This document shows positions 11,573 through 23,847 of a stretch of DNA of 64,000 bases, piece by piece. A program made the translations under genes and the position numbers. A model generated the notes under the pieces. That model was not told where the DNA came from and did not search any database. It saw only the letters and a list, made by a program, of their open reading frames with translations. Where the stretch lies: contig NC_088792.1 of the NCBI RefSeq assembly GCF_011386835.1, positions 37,014,001 to 37,078,000 on the forward strand, given 5' to 3'. Position 1 is the first letter of the stretch. Each line of letters opens with the position of its first letter. Source of the stretch: Chrysemys picta bellii (Eukaryota).

Positions 11573-12768
11573 GGGCTAGATCCACAAAGGGATTTAGATG
11601 CTTAGCTGCCACTTTCGGTGCCCAAAGCCAAAGTCTCAAATCCCTGCTCAACTGCCACCTAACCCTGTAGGTAGCAAAGTTTCCAGTGGTGAAATCCCCT
11701 AGCTGCCTGAATTTCTGCCAGTGGGAATGTGCACAGCTGCCTAAGCCCTGACACCAAGGCCCCTAAGCCTCAATGGAATTCACAAACTAGGTGTCCCCCT
11801 GCCTATCTTGCCTGTGGGCCCCAATCTGGTAGGAGCATGCCTACTGCATTGGGCCTTGGACAAAACACATCTGGAAGAGGACGAGAAGATAGTGGTGGTG
11901 CTGCCCCCTTTATAACTTTTGCCATGTGGGTAGAGCACCCATGCAGGATGACCCAGGTTCAAATCACTCCTGTGCCTAATGTGGAGCAGGGATTTGAATC
12001 TAGGTCTCCTCTTCAAAGAGTGCCCCTAATCACTTGGCTGTGAGGAATCTCTCTCAATCTGTCCTGCTGAAGCTGTTCCACTTTGGTCATTGGAACAAGG
12101 ACTGGAGCCTGTCTCTCCCACATGCTAGTTCAGTGTCCTAACCACAGGGCTATAGACTCTCTCTCACACTTGCTCTGGCCCAGTGGCTGTTAAGTATTCT
12201 ACACAAAATGGAACAGCTTCAGCAGGAGAGTGAAAATGCCCCGCCCCAGAACACCCTTTAGCCCAGTAGTTACGGCACTTACCTGAGAGGTGAGAGACCT
12301 GGGTTCAAAGCAGGCAGAATGGGAATTTAGAGAGGGTTCACAACTGTGATGCCTGAGCAGGAGACACCTCCCTCCAGCCCAGACTTAGGCACCTCAACTT
12401 CCTCTCATTGGCTTTTCTTATTGGCTGGCTTAGGCGTCTCCCCACTCAGCGTGCTGGCTTTTGTGGATCTCATTGTTAGGTGCCTAACTCTCCCCATACA
12501 TTGCATAGGAGCCTGGGCACCGAACTCAGGGCTGTGGATTACATTAGGTTGCACGGTGCCTAAAGGAGCTGTCCATAAATGACATCACAGAGTTTTTGCT
12601 GATTTTCAAGACCCATACACCCCTTGTAATGCTTGGTAAAAGTGAAACAAACACAAAATTAAGGACCCGCACATGCACCCCCTTAATATGTTACTTAATA
12701 TACAGACAGTCCCAAACACTAGGCCTTGCAACACTGATTACAAGTCCCCTTTTCTGTGGTCCTAGCCC
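11573..12768. mobile_element. Large MITE-like element with internal tRNA-derived SINE heads
   Basis: Imperfect TIR gggctagatccacaaaggga / tccccttttctgtggtcctagccc, recurring aggcaccta-like motifs and four A-box/B-box-like segments. Confidence 0.55.
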
Positions 12769-12939
12769 CATGGGTTTTTTCAGCTGGAGGAAAGGCATAA
12801 AGTGTTACTGATGAGAAAGGGAAAAAAGTGAGAGCTGTATTAGCATTGGGAAATTTGCTGGGTTAATCTCTACCCTCCCTTCCTTCAAGAGAACCAAACT
12901 CATACAATTTGAGTTGTACATGTATGGGATTATATGACT

Positions 12940-13705
12940 GACATCTGCTCAAAGTGCAGCGGCAGTCAAAAAAGCTAACAGAATGTTAGGAATCATTAGG
13001 AAAGGGATAGATAATAAGATAGAAAATATCATAATGCCTTTATAATAATCCACTGTACGCGCACATCTTGAATACAACATGCAGTTCTGGTGCCCCATCT
13101 CAAAAAAGATATATTAGAATTGGGAAAGGTACAGAGAAGGGCAACAAAAACTATTAGGGGTATAGAACAACTTCCATAAGATGAAAGATTAAAAAGACTG
13201 GGACTTTTCAGCTTGGAAAAGCAACAACTAAGAGGGGTATGATAGAGATCTATAAAATCTTGACTAGTGTGGAGAAAGTGAATAAGGAAGTGTTATTTAC
13301 TCTTTCACATAACACAAGAACTAGGGGTCACACAATGAAATTAATAGGCAGAGGCTTAAAGCAAACAAAAGAAAGTACTTCTTCACACAACACACAGTCA
13401 CCCTGTGGATCTAGTTGCCAGGGGATGTTGTGAAGGTCAAAACTATAACAGAGTTCAAAAAAGATTTAGATAAGTTCACGGAGGATAGGTCTACCAATGG
13501 GCTATTAGCCAGGATGGGCAGGGATACAACACCATGCTCTGTGTGTCCCTAGCCTCTGTCTGCAAGAAGCTGGGAGTGGACAATGGGATGGATCACTCAA
13601 AGATTGCCTGTTCTGTTCATTCTCTCTGAAGCAGATGGCATTGGCCACTGTCGGAAGACAGGATACTGAACTAGATGGACCTTTGGTGTGACTGTTCTTA
13701 TTAGT
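12940..13705 (+). mobile_element. CR1 LINE, 5'-truncated 3' end
   Basis: Degenerate ORF2 C-terminus (MIEIYKILTSVEKVNKEVLFTLSHNTRTRGHTMKLIG) followed by CR1-type 3' UTR. Confidence 0.85.
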
Positions 13706-13789
13706 CTGTGTATGTGTATTAGTGGGGGTGGGGGGATCATCCATGATGGGATGTGATTGGAATAATACTTTTCTATTCCATGGTGTTTT

Positions 13790-13978
13790 CCCCAAAGCAC
13801 TTTGCAAAAATTAATTTAGCTTCACAACACTTCAATGAGAAAGGTATTATTACAATTGTGTCACAGATGGGAAAACTGAGGCACAAGGTGGTTAAGTGAC
13901 TTGACTAAGGTCAGTGGTAAATCTAGGAACAGAGTCCAGAATTTCAGACTCACAGTCTCATGCTCTAATCAATAGATA
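13790..13978 (-). mobile_element. MIR-like CORE SINE
   Basis: cagatgggaaaactgaggcacaaggtggttaagtgacttgactaaggtca is the antisense MIR core. Confidence 0.7.
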
Positions 13979-14614
13979 TCATTTCTGTTTCAATAAGCAG
14001 ATGGAAGAACTCCTTTCACATTACAGACAACTTTGGCATGTTGTGACACAAGCACCATTTTTTTTTTAAAAAATGTACAAAACATCACCACTGGTCTTGA
14101 CTAGAATTTCACAGTATTTTCACACAGTATACTCGTATTTTTAAAAAATAATAGCTTGATTAAATATTTGCACTAGAAATATATTAATGGAATGTCATGG
14201 CATAAAAAGACCATTAAATCCATTTATTTGTATTTTTAATTTAATCAGTCAGGGTTTGTTGTTTCTTGTGGCTATAGGAAGCAAAACATTCTCTACCATT
14301 GAGGCATCTGGTTTATATTTGGCAGCTTTAGCTAGCCCATCAAGCACTCACTTTTCTTAAATGTGGATTTGGATGCTTGATTTAGTTATAACTAAAGTCA
14401 GAACTGCTGACCAACTGGACCCCGAAACCACCAAAAGTGGAAACCAGACAAACTGTTTAATACATATTGATAACACAGGCGCTTCCTAAAAAGTGCAGTG
14501 TACATTCTACCAATAGCCTTTTAAAAAAAGTTTAACAACCCTGCAGTGAGAAATCCCATTAATATTGTGTCTTACTGTAGTCGATCTGCAATGACTTACA
14601 AACTGGTAGGATGT

Positions 14615-14760
14615 ACATAAGAACAGCCACATTGGGTCACACCAATGGTCCACTTAGCACAGTATCCTGTCCTCCGACAGGGACCAATGCCAGGGGCTTC
14701 AAAGGGAATAAACAGAACGGGCAGTCATTGAGTGATCCATCCCGTTGTCCACTCCCAGCT
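14615..14760 (-). mobile_element. CR1 3' UTR fragment, same subfamily as 12940
   Basis: acataagaacagccacattgggtcacaccaatggtcc...cactcccagct is the reverse complement of the sequence near 13570-13700. Confidence 0.8.
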
Positions 14761-17700
14761 TCATTTTCCATAACTGGACTCTAGCATAATAAAGTATACC
14801 CCAGAACACCAGCTATACTGTAACTGGGTTCCTGCGCATCAGACACAATATACAATAAGCTTCAAGTATGTCTGATGCACAGGAAGGCTTTTATTACTTA
14901 AGGAATGAAGCCTCTTTTAATTTGAAAATATGTCATAGCCCAAATTTATAAATAATGCATGGACATGTCATTACCAAGACTGCAATTCAATCTCTGGGTT
15001 CTTATAATACATACAAACCACTCAAGCATCACTCTCCATTTTAATTACTTTATCAGAGCCCCTCAAGGCTTGTCTATCTTGCCGTGCCTTATCCTGCTTT
15101 TACTTGGAAGCTATTTACTTGTTTATGATGTTCCGTATGAGGTTTCTTTTTCAGCTTGACACACAGTACAAAAAAGGGAATGATCCTGAGAGGTACCAAG
15201 CACCAGGCTTCATCAGGATCAGGCACAAAATTCTGGGCTATTTATTGCTCTAAAACCCATGTTAGTGAAAGGCTGAAGTCACCATTGGGCACTTAACTGC
15301 ACCACTCTCCCTAATTTCCTCTAAAACTCTAATAACTTCATTAGTCTCTTGGAGCTTTGCAGATATTTTCCCTTCCATTAATTTCTCTCTCTTTTGTATT
15401 AGTTGAAAAATGTTACAGACACAAGGGGAAAAAATATCATTTATAAAGGTTGGACAAGATTTTTTTTTAAAGATCTATTTCAATGCATATGTATGACACA
15501 AGGATGTTTCCATTTTATCATCTGACCATTCTGACAATTATTCCTTTTCTCTTTTAAAATATTTTTATAGCTGGAAATACTTAAGTAGCTAGTCTCTTGT
15601 TTTTCATTTCTATAAATAACTGTTTCCTTGAAAAAAACACAGACAAGCTGACTTACGTACTAGACTGTTTATTACTAATTTAGGGCCTGAACCTGCACTC
15701 CAGGACAAACTTTGCCAGAGTATGGAGTCAAAGGGAGTTTTGCTTGAACATGACTAACTAATACAGTCCCACAAAACCCCAAAACTAAGGTAATTTGTCA
15801 GAGATGTTTTCACAGAAAAATACCAAGGAAAGTGTTGATTTCTGCTGTTTTTGCCACTGATGTCCTCAAGTGAATATCAAAAGCTCCAGCACATACTAGC
15901 TAGCATAGAGTCTAATCCTGATCCAAGAAATTAGAAGTTACAGGTGACAAATTCCTGTTATAACATCTAGATAAGGGGCTCTCAAGTTATGGGCTAAGGT
16001 CCACAAGGACTGCCAAGGGGGTCTGTAGCACCCATCTTTCTCGGCTTAGTGGAGCACTGGCAGCCTATAAGTAAGGCCATCCGCTCCTTGCTCTAAGAGG
16101 AGAGGAACTGATCTCCAGATCTGTACCCTTCCATTTCTCAGTAGAAGAGGGAAGAGAAGTGCTAATGGCCCATCCTGATACTCCATATCACTTTTTCTCC
16201 TTCCAGTGAAAAGCAGGGGACAGTGAAGGGTAAGCACAGGCAGCTGGTACTCATGTTTATATGCGGCTGGCAGAGTGGAACAAGTCAGCACCATCTTTAT
16301 GCTACTGTGTCCTGTGAATTATTTCCCATACATTGTAACAAACTTTAAAAATAGTCTCACATTTTCTAAAGCAGCCCTCCAGCTAAACATCTATATTTAT
16401 AGCCACTTAGATTTCTGTGGCAGCTCCAAAAATATCAAAAAATGGACCCGTCAGAATTCTTATTTGAGTTCTGATGGCAGGTCCAGATGGATGGGGAGGT
16501 AAGAGAATAGATTTAGCAGTATAAGGAGGCTTAGAGTTGTGACATTCACAGATGATTTAGCTTCTGCGCTCTTAGCGTACCTTCTGATTTGTATTACCTC
16601 TTAACAAGGTCTTCACAGATTCCTAAGGCACTTGCTAAAGCAGAGTATGTCTGTGGTAAACACATGTGCTTTAAATTCCATCACCTTATATTCATTCCAA
16701 ACATCCCATTTCTTTTTAAAAATCACTTAAATATCAACTAGTGTGAACCACCATAAAGAGCTCTATAGTACTTGTGCTTCAGTAGGAAGTAGAAGGACTT
16801 CCTGTAGAAGAGATGGCTCTTACAACGTTAGGCAAGCTGTGTCTGAACCCACTAAACCCAGGCACTTGAATACCAAGCCAGCATCATTTTTTTTGCAGAA
16901 TATATTTTTTAAATGTTTTAATATTGTAGTTTAAATTGTGTGCTCGGTCATTTGGTGGTGGCAGCATTTCGGCAGAATCAAGAATTTCACATGATTAAAC
17001 ATTTATCAGAAATGAAATACAGGCAAGTAGGGGTGGGTGAATCTTGTGGGGGATGAAGATTCTGCAAGCCTCTCCAATTATTTCTGGGGTCACAAAATTA
17101 GGGTCAATATAACAAGCCCTTTTCTGAAGCTGCATGAGCCAGGGACTATGGGATCGGCTATTATTTCAAGCTGCAATCCTCCCACTCTCCTGTAATTTAA
17201 ACCTCATGTTTTCTCCCAGAGGTGATTCAATACAAATAAACATGTTTTTCTAGCTAAAAGGAAGTCATTGGTACACACACACACTATATATATTATATAT
17301 AAGCCCCCCCAAAAGCTAAGCTGGCACCAGTGGCTGTGCTAAACTATACACATCTACAATTGTGCTGATTTCATTGGCATTTTTCTCTTCTTCCCTACCT
17401 GTTACATCTCTATATACAGGGTTCTCACTCAATCTACTCTCTGCTCCATTTTTACCTTGTTTTCCATTTTCTTTTCCCTCTGCCCCAAGACTCAAACTGA
17501 GATGATATAACCAGAATGGGATACTCACAGCTTCTTCTGCCTTCCTTATTAGCTATCCCACCTCATTTTTGGAATCCCAAGCTTCCTCCCTCTTTCCTAG
17601 ACAAGGCCTTGACCCCATCATATACTAGCCAGCCTTGGGAGAGACAGCAAGGCAATAAGGGAAGAGGAAGGTCAGCAGCAGCACGCCGGGGGTAGGGAGG

Positions 17701-18385
17701 GGGTCCTGTGGCTGGCATATCCTGGAACTCAAAGGTTGCAGGAGAGGCGGCATGAGGAAGGAGAACATAACACTTAAAGGGGTGACAATGGGACTAAATG
17801 ACCTAACCTAGCTATAGGAGAGAGACTAACAGGTTTAAGGCCTATGAACTCTTACCTTAGAACTATAGGGAAATGTTTTAAACCATTTACCTGGGGTTGC
17901 AGTAGAAATCACCCAATGCCTGCTGGATCCTTGAAGAACCCTTTTGGAGAGTTGAACTTTTGTTGATGTGACCTAGGACTGCTAAAACAGGCACGTTTTG
18001 AAATTGCTCAATATTTTCTTGTTTTCAAGTTAAGTTTGTTTGGGTTATAGGAGCTACTGGAAAGCCAGCCTGGTAGTTCTGTGAAGAGCCCGGTAGTTTT
18101 CCATGGACTGAGAAGTGTAAAACCTAGAGCTTGGGTCTGCTCTGCTTTCTGTCTGTTTGCTCTGCGTCTGTCTTTTTCATGTGTTTCCTTATTCTTCCAA
18201 GTCATGGGAGTAAACTGGTATCACGCCATGGTGCTTTTGGGATTTTCTCAGCACACCACAGCCAATCCTGGATTTGATTGCTGCCTTCTCATTTGATGAC
18301 AGCCCATTGGTTCCAGACACTGAAGCCTTGTCTTCTCTGGCAGCAGTGTGTAGGGAACATGTAGCCACACACCACAGTGAAAAGC

Positions 18386-18749
18386 AGGCTGTACCCAGAC
18401 TGTGCTGTGTAGCTACAAACGGCAGCGAAAAGCTCGGGTAGGGGGGTAGCCTTTCCTCTGCTGCCTCCCCTCGCCAAAGCCCTTCCCTGCTGCCAGAGCT
18501 TCACACTGCAGTGGGGAAAGGGTTTGGCAGCAGAGAGGCAGCAGAACATTATGCTGATAAAAACAGCAGTGTAGATGGGGGAGGTATTGCTTGGGCATGT
18601 AGAGAGCTATGAAAAGTACATTCCCTAAGGTTCTGGTGTGTCTTTACTCCCCACAACAGTGCCTCACCATTTACAATGCTATTTATACCCATGCTAGGGG
18701 CATGCAGTGCATGTACTGTTCATACCACTGTTAAGTGTAGACACAACCT
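18386..18749. mobile_element. PIF/Harbinger-like MITE (degenerate)
   Basis: Ends ...aagtgtagacacaacct with internal gtgtag motifs. The left end is degenerate. Confidence 0.45.
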
Positions 18750-18776
18750 GAGAGAGGGAGTAAATGTGCACTAGCT

Positions 18777-19108
18777 CAGTGCTTCTCAAAGCCGGTCCGC
18801 CGCTTGTTCAGGGAAAGCCCCTGGCGGTCCAGGCCGGTTTGTTTACCTGCTGCATCCGCAGGTTCAGCCGATCGCGGCTCCTACTGGCCACGGTTCACCG
18901 TCCCAGGCCAATAGGGGCTGCAGGAAGCGGCGCGGGCCAAGGGATGTGCTAGCCGCTCTTCCCGCAGCCCTCATGGGCCTGGAGCGGCAAACTGCGGCCA
19001 GTGGGAGCCGCGATCGGCCGAACCTGCAGACGCGGCAGGTAAACACACCGGCCTGGACCACCAGGCGCTTTCCCTGAACAAGCGGTGGACCGGCTTTGAG
19101 AAGCACTG
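18777..19108. mobile_element. hAT MITE, 332 bp, nearly complete fold-back
   Basis: Long TIR CAGTGCTTCTCAAAGCCGGTCC(G/A)CCGCTTGTTCAGGGAAAG and perfect 8-bp TSD CACTAGCT (18769-18776, 19109-19116). Confidence 0.92.
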
Positions 19109-22100
19109 CACTAGCTGGACTTTACCTTGATCCACCTTCCAACCTGGCCTAAGGTCTCTGCTTGCCCAAGTAAAGAACTATACCTCTCTTCTGTAGCTGA
19201 CAACCACCATCACCCTGACACCAGCAGACCAGAAAAGAAACACCTATTTTCCTATTTCCCTTCTCCTGTCTTCTCTGTTTGTCTGCTTGTGTTGGACTTG
19301 CCAAAACTCCCAAGACTGTAAATAAACTGAGAAAGTTTTGATTGTTACAATACCGGTATCATTTCCATCATTAAGGAAAAACAACTGTTTCAGTAACATG
19401 CAATTTTTACTGCAGGGTTAGTAATTAAAGCAGGAGGGAAATGTCACATGTGGTTATCGGAAAGCTAAAGAAACCTAAAATACAGCAGCAGCTATGGGGT
19501 GCAAAGTAACATTTAAATAATCCATAAACCATGATAGCAGGGAAGAAAGAATGAAAAGAAAGGCAGTGTGGGGGTGGGAAGTAGAGAAGTGAGGCTGGGA
19601 GACTAGGGAAGGAAAAGAGAAAGAAACATTGTAGGTAATCTGTGAGAGAGACTGGAGGTGAGAGACAGAAAGAGAAAGAGAGAATCTGGGGGTAAAGAGA
19701 GCCTAATGGGTGAGTCAGGAAAGGGTTAACAGATTGTGAGGACAGAGGTACAAAAATAAGATTAGGTCTTGGAGAGTGAAAGGGTAAGAGTCAGAGGAAG
19801 AGAAGAGAACGAAGTATGAGAGAGAGATTCTGGGGGGAAAAAACAAAGTCCGAAGGTTACAATGACAAAATGAAATGCGAGACTGGAGAAACTGGAGGGT
19901 GAGAAGCAAGAATGCACAGAAATGTTCTTGAAAGCTAGGAGATTTTGGTTTATTGACTGCAATCACAATGAATTATATTGTACCTACCCAGCAGAAAATA
20001 ATGGGCAAGTGGAAGGAGAGGAAGAGAGAAAGAATGTGTCCAATTTAAGCCAGTGTGTTTAACCCAGCCTATGGGGGTAAGAGAAATGCATTTTAGTCAA
20101 ATTACAGCTGGGAGTGGGGCAGATGGGCAAATGCCTCAGGCTCTTCCTGGCCTGAGAGAGTGAGGGTGTGGGGATCAGGGACACATCCAACACTCCCTGC
20201 TGCAGCTTGAGCAATGCTCTAGCCCTCCTCTGTCGCTTCATACTTCTGTAAATCAGAACAACAGTGTTGGAGTTGCACTTTCAAAGCTACAAATGGCCTC
20301 TACACTAGGCATAACGAGCTTGTCCAGTTCTATTGGTGAGGAAGCTTAAGGGGAAAAGTGACATGCTCCCCTCGTGAAACGACAGAGAACAGTGATGTTC
20401 TACAAGTTGCATTTCAGTGCAGTAGCCCAGAGACTTTACATTACTTTACATCTGGGTGCAGTGGGAATGGTTCCCAACTGGAAATGCTGAAACAGATGTT
20501 CCAACATGTGTACAAGCACTTGTGGTTAAGTGAATATGCAACTGCTAATCCAACTCTGATTATTCATGGAGAACTTCAAAAGGTTCCAAGGTTATACAAT
20601 GGCCGGATAAGCTCTAACAAGCCTTTTGTGTGTGTGAGGAGTGGCAAATCCCCATCTTTTGCACAAATGGTTTGTCCCATGCCATTCCCAAAATACAATC
20701 CAATTCGAGACCACACATACATATGATCGCTGTCCCATGGGCACCTGTGACAACTTGTCCTTGTCCATCGTCCCACCCAATTGTCTCTCCCACTCCTGTA
20801 GACCAGACTCCTGGGAATACAATTGTTTCCTCAGGGTAAAACAGGAATCCAATCTACAGATGAGGGAATTGCAGCTGAGTTGTAGGAGCATTTAAAGCAA
20901 TGCATAACAATAATAATGATGCTAATACATTTCATTTCTTACCTAAATTGAGTTCAGCTTGGAAGATATATTGGTCCAGATTCAGGTAGAAATGAGGGCT
21001 CTAAATTTGCACTAGGCTGTTCATATTTTCCCTGAACCATTTGCACATCCTTAGCTGTCAGTTAATGTAGATTTGTTTTCAATGAAATAGCTTCCTTGGT
21101 ATGCTTGTGGAGTACTATTTAAGGGAGGAGACAGGAATGAGGATGAATTCTTCTGTCACTTTTAGCATCCATCTAAGACACTCCAGTAGAAGCTTTGGGT
21201 CCAGCCATGCTTAAGACAAATGGAACACCATGTTCCAAAGACACTGATGCATGTGTGAGATCCAGAACGTTCTGCATCAACATAACCACACACAAGCATG
21301 CCAGAAACCAAAGCCTGCCTGTGTGGGGTTTCTCTCTCTCACCACCAACCTTCATTTTGCCACATCTCCCTGGTACCAGACTGCATAATTCTACCCCTGA
21401 TCACAAAAGCAAACATCCAGATCAGCCAGCGTAGCATGAGTTCATTTCTGAGTATTTATGGGCATGTTTCATGAAGCTGTTTTCTTTTTTCACAAATAAA
21501 CAGAATGTGAAAGTAAAAAATAACCCTCATTTTAAACTACCAAATTTAACAGAAGGAAGTTAACAAAGCTCTCATTTTCTTCCTTAGTGCACTTTCCAGA
21601 CAAAATAGCTTGGATGATAGCGAGTGCATTTCAGCCAAGCTATGTCAGGGTGTCATTGTGAATGAAAAAAACACAAACACATTGAACCATAACACATTTC
21701 TATTCTAAAAAGGCTGGTTTTACATAATTATATCATTGGTTTGCCAATATCCACATTTAACTCAGCAGCATACTATGGCCCACCCTAACCAAAAGCTATT
21801 ATTCTCTTTGGAATGAACATATAAAAGCTGTACTGATTTTTCTAGAATTAAGGTAGGAGCCCTCGAAATGGCTGGGGATTAGTGTTACACTCAAATAGCT
21901 TTGTTTGTTTGGTTGGTTTACTTTTGTACTGCTGCTTTTAGATAGGATTTTAAGTACATAAACAAAAGTTGCCTGCTTTGTGCAGATGTAACAAGCATTT
22001 CCTTCCCTTTCCCCTTAAGAGATCAAATGCATTGTCAAGATAATGCATACAGTCGCCATCAGCCTTGAAAGCCAAATCCTTAAAACCAGTCTTGATTCCA

Positions 22101-23003
22101 GCACTTCCTTGGGGCACTGCCTAACTGATGGATTCATCCATTTTTTTCCAAAAAAGGAATAGTTTCAAGCATATATAGCTCTGGTACAGATCAGCATTTT
22201 TATTTGGTTTAAATATGCTGTATATCAGATTTCTACTCTTTAAAAAAAGAAGTCCTGTAAGTAGTTGATCTCATAAATCAAAATAAATGCATGGCTTCTT
22301 GACTCTCTGATCTACTATTCAGCTTTTATTTTTGTTCCATATTTGTTGCTTTTCCTACTGTGCCAAAGCCAAATAGAATTGAACAACTTCTTATGATTAA
22401 ACAAGAATAAGGAAAAACAACCTTTAGTCTCATCTGGAATTATCAAACGACTGAGTCAAAACATGTTTTCTATTACAGGAATATGGAATAGGTTAGGTTA
22501 CAATATATATAGGATACAATATAGTTTGTCGTTTAAATCCTACGCATATTTACACCTGTAACCCACAGTTACCACTAGATAAGAAGGAAAACATTATGTC
22601 ACAAGTTTTGCACCCAGCACTATCTTCAGTCCTCATCTGTAGGAAGGAAAGGTCAGTGGATGAGTATAACAATGGATCCACTAGCCCCTTTCCTCATCCC
22701 ACACAACAGTGCATAGGGAGCCCCCATGCAGCTGGGCTTTGTGGCATATGTTACTGTGAACCTGCTGCAGAACTAGTTTGCTTTGTTGTGGGCTGAATCT
22801 TCCACCACCTATAGAGGAGGTCAGCAAGTATTTGCATTAACACCTCTTTTACCACATTAATATAATTGCTATCACGGTCTCAAGAGTAATTGTTCTGTTA
22901 TGTGAACATTTATTTTCTTTCAACTTTACTTCCTTCTGTTCCACATTTGACAAATGCAAAGACAATCTAGCAATCAGTGTACCAGGACAGACAAGTAATA
23001 TAA

Positions 23004-23847
23004 CACTGCTCTAAAGCCAAAATGCTTCTGAAATAAATGTAGTCAAACTTTACTAATTCTGGGTCACTGAGAATGAAAATGATGCTTAAAATTGTTGATT
23101 GGCTCTAGTTTTCAAGATATGCTATTGGGTCAGTATATACGACCCTTGACTTGGGAATGGCGGAGGATAAGTGAGTTATAAAGGGAAGGGATCTCAATTT
23201 AAACCAAAAATGACTAAAATCTATCTTTGACTGGATCTATGAATAAATCTATGACTGGGTTTGGACAGGACTTGCTTTTTAGGCAAAACAATGAATGATG
23301 CAATCTGAAGCTGGTATTGTGTCATACATGATATGAATTGCATCATGTTATTCCTAGAAGTCATGGATGATGCAATCATAACGAAGCTTACATCACTCTG
23401 CTGAACAAATTGCCCTATATCAGCTCTAGAAATCATACAGTGTCGTGCTCTCTTATTTGTCAGTGTTTGATTTTGCAAAGGGACACATTTCTGTTTAGCC
23501 AAAGTGAGCAGAGATGCCTCGTACTTGTGTGAACAGTGCAGATAACTTCTGCTATGTTTGTGGTGAAGCGACTTTTGCATCACAAAAGTGCAGTATAACC
23601 ACTATGGTTAAGAAAGCCTATCACCTTTATTTTGGCTGCAAAATTGGAGATCAGGACAAGAGGTGGGCCCCACACATATGCTGCAACACTTGTGCAACAA
23701 ATCTTCCCAGTGGTTGAACAGGAAAAGGAAATCTATGCCTTTTGCAGTGCCAATGATTTGGAGAGAGCCAACAGATCATACCAGCAATTGTTAAATAGCA
23801 CATTTTATCTCTGAAGCAGACGACTTCTCAAAAATTGTAGACCAGTG
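23004..23847 (+). mobile_element. Non-autonomous Chapaev3 (CMC) transposon, internal-deletion derivative, 844 bp
   Basis: Termini CACTGCTCTA...TAGACCAGTG with 3-bp TSD TAA on both sides. Collinear with 52353-53143 and 54839-54892. Retains the transposase N-terminus MPRTCVNSADNFCYVCG. Confidence 0.92.

Noticed and set aside
11927-12310. Possible tRNA genes
   Set aside because: Only degenerate A/B boxes; no cloverleaf could be folded. Treated as SINE-derived heads.
19560-19920. Long purine-rich tract
   Set aside because: Imperfect low-complexity DNA with no mirror repeat or periodicity I could support.
20358-20895. Several overlapping ORFs including one of 122 aa
   Set aside because: No recognisable motif or splice signals fitting KIAA1217; possibly an old repeat I cannot classify.
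23221-23583. Antisense ORF identical in part to 52543-52785
   Set aside because: Identity is explained by the two Chapaev copies being ~98% identical; it is no evidence of coding selection.
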